A stretch of 64,000 bases of DNA from an uncultured Dehalococcoidia bacterium (lineage in GTDB: Bacteria; Chloroflexota; Dehalococcoidia; Bin125). This document shows, one piece after another, positions 9,747-19,989 of this stretch. Where the stretch lies: the NCBI GenBank assembly GCA_958295515.1, contig CATQGW010000002.1, forward strand, positions 150,332-214,331, read 5' to 3'. Position 1 is the stretch's first letter; each line of letters opens with the position of its first letter. The notes under the pieces were generated by a model that saw only the letters and a program-made list of their open reading frames with translations, was not told where the DNA came from and searched no databases. The position numbers were made by a program, and so were the translations under genes.

Positions 9747-11549
9747 GTGGCGGAGCAGGCGGCCGAAGCGATCCCCGACGACCCGATCACGAGCCCCGAC
9801 GACGTCGACGCCGACGAGTGGCTGCGCCGCATGCGCCACTCCGCCGCCCATGTCCTCGCGCAGGTCGTCCTGCAACTCTTCCCCGACGCCAAATTCGCGA
9901 TCGGCCCCCCCATCGCCACCGGCTTCTACTACGACTTCGACCTCCCCCGCCCGCTCACGCCCGACGACCTCAAGGAAATCGAGCGCCGCATGCGCAGGGA
10001 GATCAAGCGCAACCACCGCTTCGTCTGGAGCGAGACCACACTCGACGACGCGCGCGAGCGCTTCGCCGACCAGCCCTACAAGCTCGAATTGATCGACCAG
10101 TTCAGCGAAGACGCCGACAGCGTCGGGCTCTGCGCCCACGCCGAGTTCACCGACCTCTGCCGCGGCGGCCATGTCCAGACCACCCGCCAGATCGGCCCCT
10201 TCCGCCTGACCAACGTCGCCGGCGCCTACTGGCGCGGCGACGAGCGCCGCCCCCAGCTGCAGCGCGTCTACGGCGCGCTGTTCGCCGCCAAAGCAGAGCT
10301 GGACGACCATTTCGCGCGCCTCGAAGAGGCGCAGCAGCGCGATCACCGTCGGCTCGGGCGAGACCTCCAGCTCTTCACCTTCGCCGAGGAGATCGGCGCC
10401 GGCATCCCCCTGCTGCTGCCCCACGGCACCATCATCCGCAACGAGATGGAACGGCTGATCCGCGAACTCCAACTCGAGCGCGGATACTCCGAGGTCTGGA
10501 CCGGCCACCTCGCCCGCGGCGACCTCTTCCAGCGCTCCGGCCACCTCGAAAACTACCGCGACGTGATGTACCCCGCGATGGTCGACGGCGAGACCGAGTA
10601 CTACCTCAAGCCGATGAACTGCCCCGTCCACATGACCCTCTACAACGCCGGGCTGCACTCCTACCGCGAACTGCCCCTGCGCTACGCCGAGCAGGCCACG
10701 CTCTACCGCTTCGAAAAATCCGGCCAGCTTGGCGGCCTCACCCGCGTGCGCTCGCTCACCCAGGACGACTGCCACATCTTCTGCACCCCCGAACAGGTCT
10801 CCGACGAGGTCGGCCGCGTGCTCGAACTGGTGCGCACCTTGCTCGCCACCTACGGGCTGACCGACTTCCGCTACGAGTTCTCGCTGCCCGGCGGCGAAGG
10901 CAAATTCGTGGACGATCCCGAAGCTTGGTCCGCCGCGATCACCGCCCTGCGCAGCGCCCTCGACGCCGCCGGCGTCGATTATGTAGAGCAGGAGGGCGAA
11001 GCCGCCTTCTACGGCCCCAAGGCCGACCTCTTCGTCAGCGACGTGATGGGCCGCGAGTGGCAGCTCTCCACCGTGCAGCTCGACCTCATCCAGCCCGCCC
11101 GCCTGGGCTGCGTCTACGTCGGCGAAGACGGCGAGCGCCACACCCCGGTCGTAATTCACCGCGCCATCCACGGCTCGCTCGAGCGTTTCCTCGGCATCCT
11201 GATCGAGCACTACGCCGGCGCCTTCCCCGCTTGGCTCGCGCCGCTCCAGGCGCGCTGCATCCCCATCGCCGACCGACACCTCGAGTGGGCCGAGCAGGTC
11301 GCCGCCGAACTGCGCGCCGCCGGCTTGCGCGTCGATGTCGACGCCGGCAACGAGCGCATGCAAGCCAAAATCCGCAACGGCCAGCGCGCCAAAATCCCCT
11401 ACCTGCTGGTCATCGGCGACCGCGAAGCCGAGTCCCGCACCGTCGCCGTACGCCTCCGCAACGGCGAAGACCTCGGCGCAATCCCCCTCCCCCAATTCCA
11501 AGCCACCCTCGCCGAAGCCGTCGCCTCCCGCGCCCTCACCCCAACCTAA
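9747..11549 (+). CDS. thrS: threonine--tRNA ligase (short form without the N-terminal TGS domain)
   Basis: MRHSAAHVLAQVV, YYDFDL, class II motifs and HRAIHGSLERFLGILIEHYAGAFPAWLAP. GTG start lies 37 nt after tRNA-Val. Confidence 0.95.
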   Translation: MAEQAAEAIPDDPITSPDDVDADEWLRRMRHSAAHVLAQVVLQLFPDAKFAIGPPIATGFYYDFDLPRPLTPDDLKEIERRMRREIKRNHRFVWSETTLDDARERFADQPYKLELIDQFSEDADSVGLCAHAEFTDLCRGGHVQTTRQIGPFRLTNVAGAYWRGDERRPQLQRVYGALFAAKAELDDHFARLEEAQQRDHRRLGRDLQLFTFAEEIGAGIPLLLPHGTIIRNEMERLIRELQLERGYSEVWTGHLARGDLFQRSGHLENYRDVMYPAMVDGETEYYLKPMNCPVHMTLYNAGLHSYRELPLRYAEQATLYRFEKSGQLGGLTRVRSLTQDDCHIFCTPEQVSDEVGRVLELVRTLLATYGLTDFRYEFSLPGGEGKFVDDPEAWSAAITALRSALDAAGVDYVEQEGEAAFYGPKADLFVSDVMGREWQLSTVQLDLIQPARLGCVYVGEDGERHTPVVIHRAIHGSLERFLGILIEHYAGAFPAWLAPLQARCIPIADRHLEWAEQVAAELRAAGLRVDVDAGNERMQAKIRNGQRAKIPYLLVIGDREAESRTVAVRLRNGEDLGAIPLPQFQATLAEAVASRALTPT

Positions 11550-11590
11550 CCACCCCCACCCCCTCGCCTCGCCACCCTCGCCCGCCACCG

Positions 11591-11671
11591 CCGTCATACC
11601 CGCCCACCACCTCTGTCATACCCGCGCGCGCCCCTCCGTCATACCCGCGCTTGCCGCGGGTATCTCGCCGT
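11591..11671 (+). repeat. intergenic repeat block: three ~22-bp CCGTCATACCCGC modules, the last with the hairpin cap
   Basis: Modules start at 11591, 11613 and 11636. The 38-nt capped unit at 11634-11671 is identical to those at 3064, 3198 and 16076. Confidence 0.9.
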
Positions 11672-11774
11672 CACCAGCACCGAAGCCACATCCAGCCCCC
11701 CCCCACATATCGCCCGAATGCGTTCGCAGGTATGATCCTGCTGGCCGCCGCGGGCGGCCGACGAAGGTGGACCG

Positions 11775-13291
<1,517 letters not shown>

Positions 13292-13313
<22 letters not shown>

Positions 13314-13810
13314 ACGTCGGCGGCGAACTGCGCGAAGTCGTCATCGAAGACGACGGCGAAGGCCGCTTCGTCGCCAAAATCGGCGACGCCGAATACTCCG
13401 TCGTGCTCGAATCGCTCGACGACAACATGCTCTTCCGCCTGCGCATCGACGGCCGCCGCACCCCCGTCGCAATCAAGCGCGAGGGCTACGCGCTCGACCT
13501 CTTCATCGGCCCCGACCACTACGGCGTCGAGATCGAACGCTCCGCCGCCGGCTCCTTCGACACCCTCGCGCCCGCCATCGCCGGCCTCCTCCGCCTCACC
13601 GCGCCGATGACCGGCCAGGTCTCAGAGGTGCTGGTCGATCTGGGCGATCAGGTGCAGGAGGGCGACCCCCTGCTGGTCATCGTCGCAATGAAAATGAACA
13701 ACGAAATCCGCTCGCCCGCAACCGGCACAATCACCGAACTCGCCGTCGCCGCCACAGACACCGTCGACCAGGGCGATCTACTGCTGGTCCTGCAAGCCGA
13801 CGACGATTAG
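13292..13810 (+). CDS. biotin carboxyl carrier (biotinyl/lipoyl-domain) protein
   Basis: C-terminal LTAPMTGQVSEVLV...GDPLLVIVAMKMNNEIRSP with the AMKM biotinylation motif. ATG 13292 overlaps accC by 22 nt. Confidence 0.8.
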
Positions 13811-13845
13811 GCGGAATGAGGCGGATCGCTGCGAAATTCGTGAGT

Positions 13846-13874
13846 TTGAAGACGCCTGCGCAAAAGCGTAGGAT
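13846..13874 (+). promoter_or_regulatory. putative promoter of the infC-rpmI-rplT operon
   Basis: TTGAAG (13846-13851), a 17-nt spacer, then TAGGAT (13869-13874). Confidence 0.4.
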
Positions 13875-14545
13875 TGCCAGCCACACAAGCGGCCGTCGCC
13901 GTCATCCGGCGAACGGCGAAGAGGAGGAGCATCCTGGCGACACGTGAACAGCGGGTGAACGATGCGATCCGCGTACATGAGGTGCGCGTGATCGGCGACG
14001 ACGGATCGCAACTCGGCGTGATGCCGACCGTGCGTGCGCTGGACCTCGCGCGCGCACAGGGGCTGGACCTCGTGGAGGTGGCGCCCGACGCGCAGCCCCC
14101 TGTCGTGCGCATGATGGACTACGGCAAGTTCAAGTACGAGCAGGCCAAACGCGAGCGCGAGGGCCGCAAGCGCCAGAAGGGCGCGTCCCTGCACGAAATC
14201 AAAATGCGCCCCAACATCGGCCGCAGCGACATGGACGCCAAGCGCCGCCGCGCCAACCGCTTCCTCGAAGCCGGCGACAAGGTCAAAATCTCCGTCATGT
14301 TCCGCGGGCGCGAAATCACCCACCGCGAAATCGGCGCCGAGCGCATCGAGGAAATGCTCACCGCGCTCAACGACGACGGCATGCCCATCGTGCTCGAAAA
14401 ACCGATCTCCACCGAAGGACGCTTCATGTCCGTGATCGTCGCCGCCGACAAGCCCAAGCTTGAAGCCCGCGCCCGCCAGGCCGCAGAGGAAGCCGAAGCC
14501 GCGGCAGCCCAAACAGCCGCCGCCGAAACCGCCGGCGCCTCCTGA
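13874..14545 (+). CDS. infC: translation initiation factor IF-3 (true start probably non-canonical near 13931-13934)
   Basis: NDAIRVHEVRVIGDDGSQLGVM...DLVEVAPDAQPPVVRMMDYGKFKYEQ. The end is firm and the 5' end is uncertain (see the infC finding). Confidence 0.9.
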   Translation: MPATQAAVAVIRRTAKRRSILATREQRVNDAIRVHEVRVIGDDGSQLGVMPTVRALDLARAQGLDLVEVAPDAQPPVVRMMDYGKFKYEQAKREREGRKRQKGASLHEIKMRPNIGRSDMDAKRRRANRFLEAGDKVKISVMFRGREITHREIGAERIEEMLTALNDDGMPIVLEKPISTEGRFMSVIVAADKPKLEARARQAAEEAEAAAAQTAAAETAGAS

Positions 14546-14624
14546 GCGCTCACGCTGGCGTCTGAGCGAATCCCCGCTTACGCTGGCTACGGCTAATCAG
14601 CCCAACATGCGAGGGGTAAACCGC

Positions 14625-14831
14625 ATGCCCAAGATGAAGACGCACAAAGGCGCGGCCAAGCGCTTCCGCATCACCCGCACCGGCAAGGTGCTGCGGATGA
14701 AGGGCTACCGCGGCCACAACAAACAGAAGAAGCACAAGCGCACCCTGCGCGAGCAGCAGCGCATGCACAGCGTCAAGCGCCGCGGCGACCAGCGCCGCGT
14801 CCGCCGACTGCTGCCCTACGGCTCGCCGTAG
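14625..14831 (+). CDS. rpmI: 50S ribosomal protein L35
   Basis: MPKMKTHKGAAKRFRITRTGKVLRMKGYRGH. Confidence 0.95.
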   Translation: MPKMKTHKGAAKRFRITRTGKVLRMKGYRGHNKQKKHKRTLREQQRMHSVKRRGDQRRVRRLLPYGSP

Positions 14832-14867
14832 CCGCGCACCGAGGTCGAGTGGGGAAGGAACCAAGCC

Positions 14868-15230
14868 ATGCCGAGGGTTAAGGGCGGACCGCGCGAGCGA
14901 CGGCGGCACAAGAAGGTGCTGCGCCAGACCAAGGGACACCACGGCGTACGCCATCGCCTCTACCGGCGCGCCTCCGAATCGCGCCTGCACGCGCTCAGCT
15001 ACGCCTACGCCCACCGCCGCGAGCGCAAGGGCGACATGCGGCGCATCTGGATCCAGCGAATCAACGCCGCCGCGCGCCTGCACGGCCTCTCCTACAGCCG
15101 GCTGATCCACGGCCTCAAGCAAGCCGGCGTCGAGATCGACCGCAAGGTCCTGGCCGAGCTGGCCGTTCACGACCCCGAAGGCTTCGCCGCCGTCGTGCGC
15201 CAGGCGCAGCAGCCGGCCCCCGCCGCCTAA
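14868..15230 (+). CDS. rplT: 50S ribosomal protein L20
   Basis: MPRVKGGPRERRRHKKVLRQTKG...SYAYAHRRERKGDMRRIWIQRINAAAR. Confidence 0.95.
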   Translation: MPRVKGGPRERRRHKKVLRQTKGHHGVRHRLYRRASESRLHALSYAYAHRRERKGDMRRIWIQRINAAARLHGLSYSRLIHGLKQAGVEIDRKVLAELAVHDPEGFAAVVRQAQQPAPAA

Positions 15231-15243
15231 GCCGGGCGGAACG

Positions 15244-15750
15244 TCAGGACGCGCTCGACACCGACAGCTGCGGCGTCCCCGTCGCGTCCGACAGCGCCGC
15301 CTCCGGGTCCTCATCGGGCAGGTGATCAAGCAGCCAGCCGGCCGCCTCGCGGTCCCGCAGCCACGGCAGCACCCGCGCCAGACGGTGGAACTCGCGCGCG
15401 TGCAGCGCGTTCAGGATCACCGAGAACTCGATCTCCCGCGAGCGCTCCCGCCAGCCCTCCGGCAGGTCCAGGAAGGCGTCGTCGAAAGCCCGCGCCACAA
15501 CCCGCGCCCCCTCCACATCCAGCGACAGCCAAGCCCGCAGGCGCAGCTGCGCGGCGCGCGTGCGGTCGTCGATCGACGCCGTCCCCTCGCGCCGCGCCAG
15601 CGCACGCATCACCCGCCGCAGCTCCACCGGCGCCAGCCCCTCCGCCTCGTAGAACGCCGCCGCCAGCTCCAAGTGGTCGGCCGCGTCGAAGCTGCGGTGG
15701 ATGATCTCCGAGGCCCCAACGAGATGCTGATCGAGCGTCGTGCGGGTCAT
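15244..15750 (-). CDS. hypothetical protein (168 aa, helical, Arg/Glu/Leu-rich)
   Basis: The only ORF in this interval with protein-like composition. It is convergent with rplT (13-nt gap). I recognise no family. Confidence 0.55.
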   Translation of the reverse strand: MTRTTLDQHLVGASEIIHRSFDAADHLELAAAFYEAEGLAPVELRRVMRALARREGTASIDDRTRAAQLRLRAWLSLDVEGARVVARAFDDAFLDLPEGWRERSREIEFSVILNALHAREFHRLARVLPWLRDREAAGWLLDHLPDEDPEAALSDATGTPQLSVSSAS

Positions 15751-15805
15751 GATCGTCTCCTCTCACCCCAAATGGGGCGTCTGCATGTAGCTGCCACAAT
15801 CTTAT

Positions 15806-15824
15806 CACTCTCACCAAGAGAGTG
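15806..15824. promoter_or_regulatory. perfect 7-5-7 palindrome CACTCTC-N5-GAGAGTG (candidate operator), copy 1
   Basis: Lies within ATCACTCTCACCAAGAGAGTGCCAAC, 56 bp upstream of the 15750 start codon. Confidence 0.4.
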
Positions 15825-15887
15825 CCAACACAGCCAATCCAACAGCACAACATGTGTCCCTCAACACAACCAAATCGTGAAAATCAT

Positions 15888-15906
15888 CACTCTCACCCAG
15901 AGAGTG
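15888..15906. promoter_or_regulatory. perfect 7-5-7 palindrome CACTCTC-N5-GAGAGTG (candidate operator), copy 2
   Basis: Lies within ATCACTCTCACCCAGAGAGTGCCAAC, 82 bp from copy 1. The flanks are conserved between the two copies. Confidence 0.4.
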
Positions 15907-15968
15907 CCAACCCCCACAAACACAACACCAACCCAAACCCACAACCCCGCCACCGCCGCCTCTTTCCT

Positions 15969-16113
15969 CCGTCATTCCCGCACCCTCCCCCGTCATACCC
16001 ACGCGCGCCCCCCGTCATACCCGCGCGCGCCCCCCGTCATACCCGCGCGCGCCTCCGTCATACCCACGCGCGCCCCTCCGTCATACCCGCGCTTGCCGCG
16101 GGTATCTCGCCGT
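15969..16113 (+). repeat. six tandem ~22-bp CCGTCATWCCC modules, the last with the hairpin cap
   Basis: Module starts are 15969, 15990, 16012, 16034, 16055 and 16078. Internal modules carry alternating CGCGCGCG tracts. The capped unit is at 16076-16113. Confidence 0.9.
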
Positions 16114-16168
16114 CACCTCTCCCAACCCTCGCCACAAGACTCCCGCCGCCCGCTCCGCCGCACTCGCC

Positions 16169-18559
16169 CTACTGGTCCCGCAACCGCGCCCCAAACTGCC
16201 GCTCCAAACGCCGCACGATCCCCTGCCTCGCCCGATCCACATCCCGCTCCCGCAGCGTCCGATCCGGCGCCCGATAGACCACCCGCCAGGCCAACGACTT
16301 CCGACCCGCCGGAATCGGCTCGCCCGCGTACACATCGAACAGCGAGACCGATTCAACCAGCGGCTGGTCCGCAATCGCCGCCGCAATCTCGCCCGCCGGC
16401 TGCTCCGCATCCACAATCAGCGCCAAATCCTCCACCGCCGGCGGGAACGCCGAAAGCGTTCCGATCCCTTCCGCCTGCACGCCCGCAGCCGCCTCTGCCA
16501 GCGGCGCGACCGCGAGCTCCAACAGCCAGGTGCGCGGATCCAGATCAAACCGCTCCACCAACGCCGGCGCGACCAGCCCCAACCGCCCCACCGACTGCCC
16601 GCCCAAACTCAGATCAGCCGTTTGCCCCGCGACGAAATCCGCATCGCTCCCATCGTGCCCCCGCGCCTCGATCGCAACGCTAATCCCCTCCGCAACCCGC
16701 TCCAACACCCCCTTGGCGTCGAAGAAATCCAGCGGGCGCGAGGCCTCGCCGTGCGCCGATGGCGCAGTCGCGCCGGCCAGCGCCGCGCACAACATCAACG
16801 GCTCCTCCGGCAGCTCGCCGACCCGCGGCCGCCACACCTTGCCAACCTGGAAGAGCTGCACCGCCTCGCGCTGCGCCGAGCGATTGCGCGCCAGCGCCCG
16901 CAGCAGCCCCGGACGCAGCGTGTTGCGCAGCCGATCCTGCTCCGCGTTCATCGGATTCTCCAGCCGCAGCGCCTCGGCGGGTTGCTCCTCAGCCGCGACC
17001 GTCGCGTACGTGATCACCTCATGAAAGCCCAGCGCGCTAACCAGATCGCGCAGACGCTCAGCAAGCAGCCGCTCCGCATCGCGCTCCGGCTCCGGCAAGC
17101 CGCCCGCCAGCGCCGCCGCCGGCAGCTCGTCGTAGCCGATGATCCGCCCAATCTCCTCCACCACATCGTCGTCAATGCGGATATCCGAGCGCCACGGCGG
17201 GCAACTCACCGCGTAGCGATCCGGCGGCAGCCAACGATTGGAAATGCCCAGCGCGCTGAGAATGCCGCGCACCCGCTCCACCGAAGGCGCCACGCCCAAA
17301 ATCTGCCGAATCCGCTCCGCCTCCACCACCACCTGCGGCGCGTGCGCCCGCCCCGGATACTGGTCCTCGACGCCCGCGCAGGCGACACCGCCGGCGGTCT
17401 CGACGATCAACGCCGCCGCCCGCCGCGCCGCAAGCAGCGCCAGCTCGGGATTGAGCGCCTTCTCGAAGCGCAAACTCGCTTCAGTCCTGATCTTATGTCT
17501 ACTACCCGTCTGCCGAATCGTCCCCGCCTCGAATGTCGCCGTCTCCAGCAGCACCGTCGTCGTCGCTTCGCCCACCTCGCTCTCCGCCCCGCCCATCACC
17601 CCGGCCAGCGCCACTGGACGCTCCGCATCCGCGATCACCAGATCGGCGGGATCCAGCTCCAGCAGCCCGCCGTCGAGCAGCCGCAGCGTCTCGCCGGCCC
17701 GCGCCCGGCGCACCACGATCCGACCCTCCCGCAGCCGCGCCTGATCGAACGCATGCAACGGCTGCCCGTACTCCATCAGCACGTAGTTGGTCACATCGAC
17801 GACGTTGTTGATCGGACGCATCCCCGCGCTAGTGACCGCCTGCTGGAGCCACTCCGGCGACGGACCAATCCGCACGCCCTCAATCACGATCGCCGTGTAG
17901 CGCGGACAGCCGATCGCATCCTCGATCACCACGCTGGTGCGCTCGCCGACCGGCGGCCCCGACTCGTCGTAGTCGGACGGCGGCTCGCGCACCTCCGCGT
18001 CGGTCAGCGCCGCCACCTCGCGGGCGATCCCCAGCACGCTGAAATGGTCCGGACGATTGGGCGTCGGCTTGATCTCCAACACCGTCGCGCCCAGCACCTC
18101 GCTCAGCGGCGCGCCCAGCGGCGCATCCGTCTCCAGCACCAGAATGCCCTCATGCTCGTCGGAGAGGCCCAACTCGCGCTCCGAGCAAATCATCCCGCGC
18201 GACTCGACGCCGCGGATTTTGCCCCGCCGCAGCTTGCGCAACTCGCGCGTCTGCGGATCGCGCAGCTGCGCCCCCACCTGAGCAAAGGCGATCGTCTGCC
18301 CCTGCGCCAGATTGGGCGCGCCGCAAACCACCGTCAGCGGCTCGGCCTCGCCGTAATCCACCTGCGCCAGCCGCAGCCGGTCCGCGTTGGGATGCTGCCC
18401 CACCTCCACCACGCGCCCCACCACCACCTGCTCCCAGTCGCCACCGCTGCGCTCAATCGACTCCACCTCCGCCCCGGCCATGCTCAGCCGGTGCGCCAGC
18501 TGCTCCGGCGGCAGCTTCAGCTCGACGTATTCCGCGAGCCAGGCCAGCGGCACTCGCAT
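16169..18559 (-). CDS. pheT: phenylalanine--tRNA ligase beta subunit
   Basis: MRVPLAWLAEYVEL start, the tRNA-binding domain (VVGRVVEVGQHPNADRLRLAQVD), B3/4 and B5 domains, 796 aa. The start overlaps the pheS stop by 1 nt. Confidence 0.95.
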   Translation of the reverse strand: MRVPLAWLAEYVELKLPPEQLAHRLSMAGAEVESIERSGGDWEQVVVGRVVEVGQHPNADRLRLAQVDYGEAEPLTVVCGAPNLAQGQTIAFAQVGAQLRDPQTRELRKLRRGKIRGVESRGMICSERELGLSDEHEGILVLETDAPLGAPLSEVLGATVLEIKPTPNRPDHFSVLGIAREVAALTDAEVREPPSDYDESGPPVGERTSVVIEDAIGCPRYTAIVIEGVRIGPSPEWLQQAVTSAGMRPINNVVDVTNYVLMEYGQPLHAFDQARLREGRIVVRRARAGETLRLLDGGLLELDPADLVIADAERPVALAGVMGGAESEVGEATTTVLLETATFEAGTIRQTGSRHKIRTEASLRFEKALNPELALLAARRAAALIVETAGGVACAGVEDQYPGRAHAPQVVVEAERIRQILGVAPSVERVRGILSALGISNRWLPPDRYAVSCPPWRSDIRIDDDVVEEIGRIIGYDELPAAALAGGLPEPERDAERLLAERLRDLVSALGFHEVITYATVAAEEQPAEALRLENPMNAEQDRLRNTLRPGLLRALARNRSAQREAVQLFQVGKVWRPRVGELPEEPLMLCAALAGATAPSAHGEASRPLDFFDAKGVLERVAEGISVAIEARGHDGSDADFVAGQTADLSLGGQSVGRLGLVAPALVERFDLDPRTWLLELAVAPLAEAAAGVQAEGIGTLSAFPPAVEDLALIVDAEQPAGEIAAAIADQPLVESVSLFDVYAGEPIPAGRKSLAWRVVYRAPDRTLRERDVDRARQGIVRRLERQFGARLRDQ

Positions 18560-19575
18560 TACGCGCTCCCGTCCGAGCCGCGGAAACGCTCCAGAAAACG
18601 CAGGTCGTTGGCGTAGAACGCGCGGATATCGGTCACCCCGTAGCGCAGCATCGCCACCCGCTCCACGCCGATCCCGAACGCAAAGCCCGTATAGCGCCGC
18701 GAGTCCAGCCCCGCCTGCTCGATGATCTCGCGGTGCACCATCCCGCAGCCCAACACCTCCAGCCAGTCGCCCTGCCAGCGAATCGCCAGCTCCGCGCCCG
18801 GCTCCACAAACGGGAAATAGTCGCAGCGGAAGCGCGTCTCAATCTCCGAGCCGAACAACCGCTGCACAAACGACTCCAGCGTCCCCTTCAGATGCGCGAA
18901 CGACAGCCCCTCGTCGATCACCAACCCCTCAAACTGCGAGAGCATCCACTCGTGCGTCGCATCGACCGCCTCGTAGCGGTAGCAGGTCCCCGGCACGATC
19001 ACCCGAATCGGCGGCTCGCGCCGTTCCAGGTAGCGAATCTGCATCGGCGACGTATGCGTGCGCAACAGCTTGCGCGGACCGGCGTCCTCGTCCGCAATCC
19101 AGATCGTGTCCCACATCTCCCGCGCCGGGTGGTCGGCGGGAATCCGCAGGCGATCGAAGTTGTACGTCTCCAGCTCCACATCGGGCCCTTCCACCACATC
19201 GAAACCCATATCGCGGAAGGTCCGCTCCATCATCCGCCGCGTAATCGTGATCGGATGCAGCGTCCCCTGCGGCGGTTGGCGGCCGGGCAGCGTCACATCG
19301 ATCGCCGCGCCCTCGTCCGCCCGCGCCTCCCGCAGCGCCGCAAGCCGCTCGCCGTGCGCCTCCTGCAGCGCCAGCTTCAGCCGATTCGCCCCCGCGCCCA
19401 CCGCCGGACGCCGCTCCGCCGGCAGCTCGCGCACGCCCCGCAGCACCCCCGTCAGCCGCCCCTTGCGACCCAGCCAGCCCACCCGCCAATCTTCCACCGC
19501 AGCCGCATCCCCCGCCGCCGCCAGCGCGGCGCGGGCGGTCTCCTCCAGCGCATCAAGGTCAGGCGCATCGCTCAT
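18559..19575 (-). CDS. pheS: phenylalanine--tRNA ligase alpha subunit
   Basis: HPITITRRMMERTFRDMGF, LLRTHTSPMQIR, FRCDYFPFVEPGAE and GFAFGIGVERVAMLRYG. Confidence 0.95.
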   Translation of the reverse strand: MSDAPDLDALEETARAALAAAGDAAAVEDWRVGWLGRKGRLTGVLRGVRELPAERRPAVGAGANRLKLALQEAHGERLAALREARADEGAAIDVTLPGRQPPQGTLHPITITRRMMERTFRDMGFDVVEGPDVELETYNFDRLRIPADHPAREMWDTIWIADEDAGPRKLLRTHTSPMQIRYLERREPPIRVIVPGTCYRYEAVDATHEWMLSQFEGLVIDEGLSFAHLKGTLESFVQRLFGSEIETRFRCDYFPFVEPGAELAIRWQGDWLEVLGCGMVHREIIEQAGLDSRRYTGFAFGIGVERVAMLRYGVTDIRAFYANDLRFLERFRGSDGSA

Positions 19576-19724
19576 GGTGTCATCACCCTCAGCCTACGAC
19601 GCGAGCGCCGCAGCGTCATCAACCGCCCCATCAATCCCCTCCGCGAGAGGCGAGCGAGTAGAATTCTGCGAACCACGAGCGCGGCTTGGACAGTCGCGCG
19701 CGCCGAGGCACCACGAGGAGCAAC

Positions 19725-19982
19725 ATGGCAGTCAACAGCTACGTCCTGATCGAAACCGACGTCGGCACCGCCAAACAGGTGGCGATCGAACTGCGCCAGC
19801 GCGCCCAGAGCGGCGGCAGCGTCAAGTCCGTCGAAATGGTCACCGGTCCCTTCGACGTGATCTGCCTCGTCGAAGCGCCCGACCTCGAACAACTCGGCAA
19901 CTGCATCACCGACTCGATCCAGACCGTGCCCGGCGTCAAGCGCACCACCACCTGCCTGACCATCCAGGTCAGCGGAACCTAG
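19725..19982 (+). CDS. stand-alone Lrp/AsnC ligand-binding (RAM) domain protein
   Basis: MAVNSYVLIETDVGTAKQVAIELR...SVEMVTGPFDVICLVEAPDLEQLGNCI...IQTVPGVKRTTTCL. There is no HTH part. Confidence 0.7.
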   Translation: MAVNSYVLIETDVGTAKQVAIELRQRAQSGGSVKSVEMVTGPFDVICLVEAPDLEQLGNCITDSIQTVPGVKRTTTCLTIQVSGT

Positions 19983-19989
19983 CCGCGCC

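Noticed and set aside
9639-11597. 652-aa minus-strand ORF, one of the longest in the track
   Set aside because: It is antisense to the well-supported thrS and runs through tRNA-Val. The translation is a Gly/Ala/Val/Asp/Glu-rich shadow typical of the antisense frame of high-GC genes.
15969-16113. Possible CRISPR array (also considered for 22659-22862 and 63358-64000)
   Set aside because: The units abut each other without unique spacers, the periods (22, 104 and 87 bp) do not fit repeat-spacer architecture, and no cas genes are present. The 87-bp array is in-frame coding sequence.
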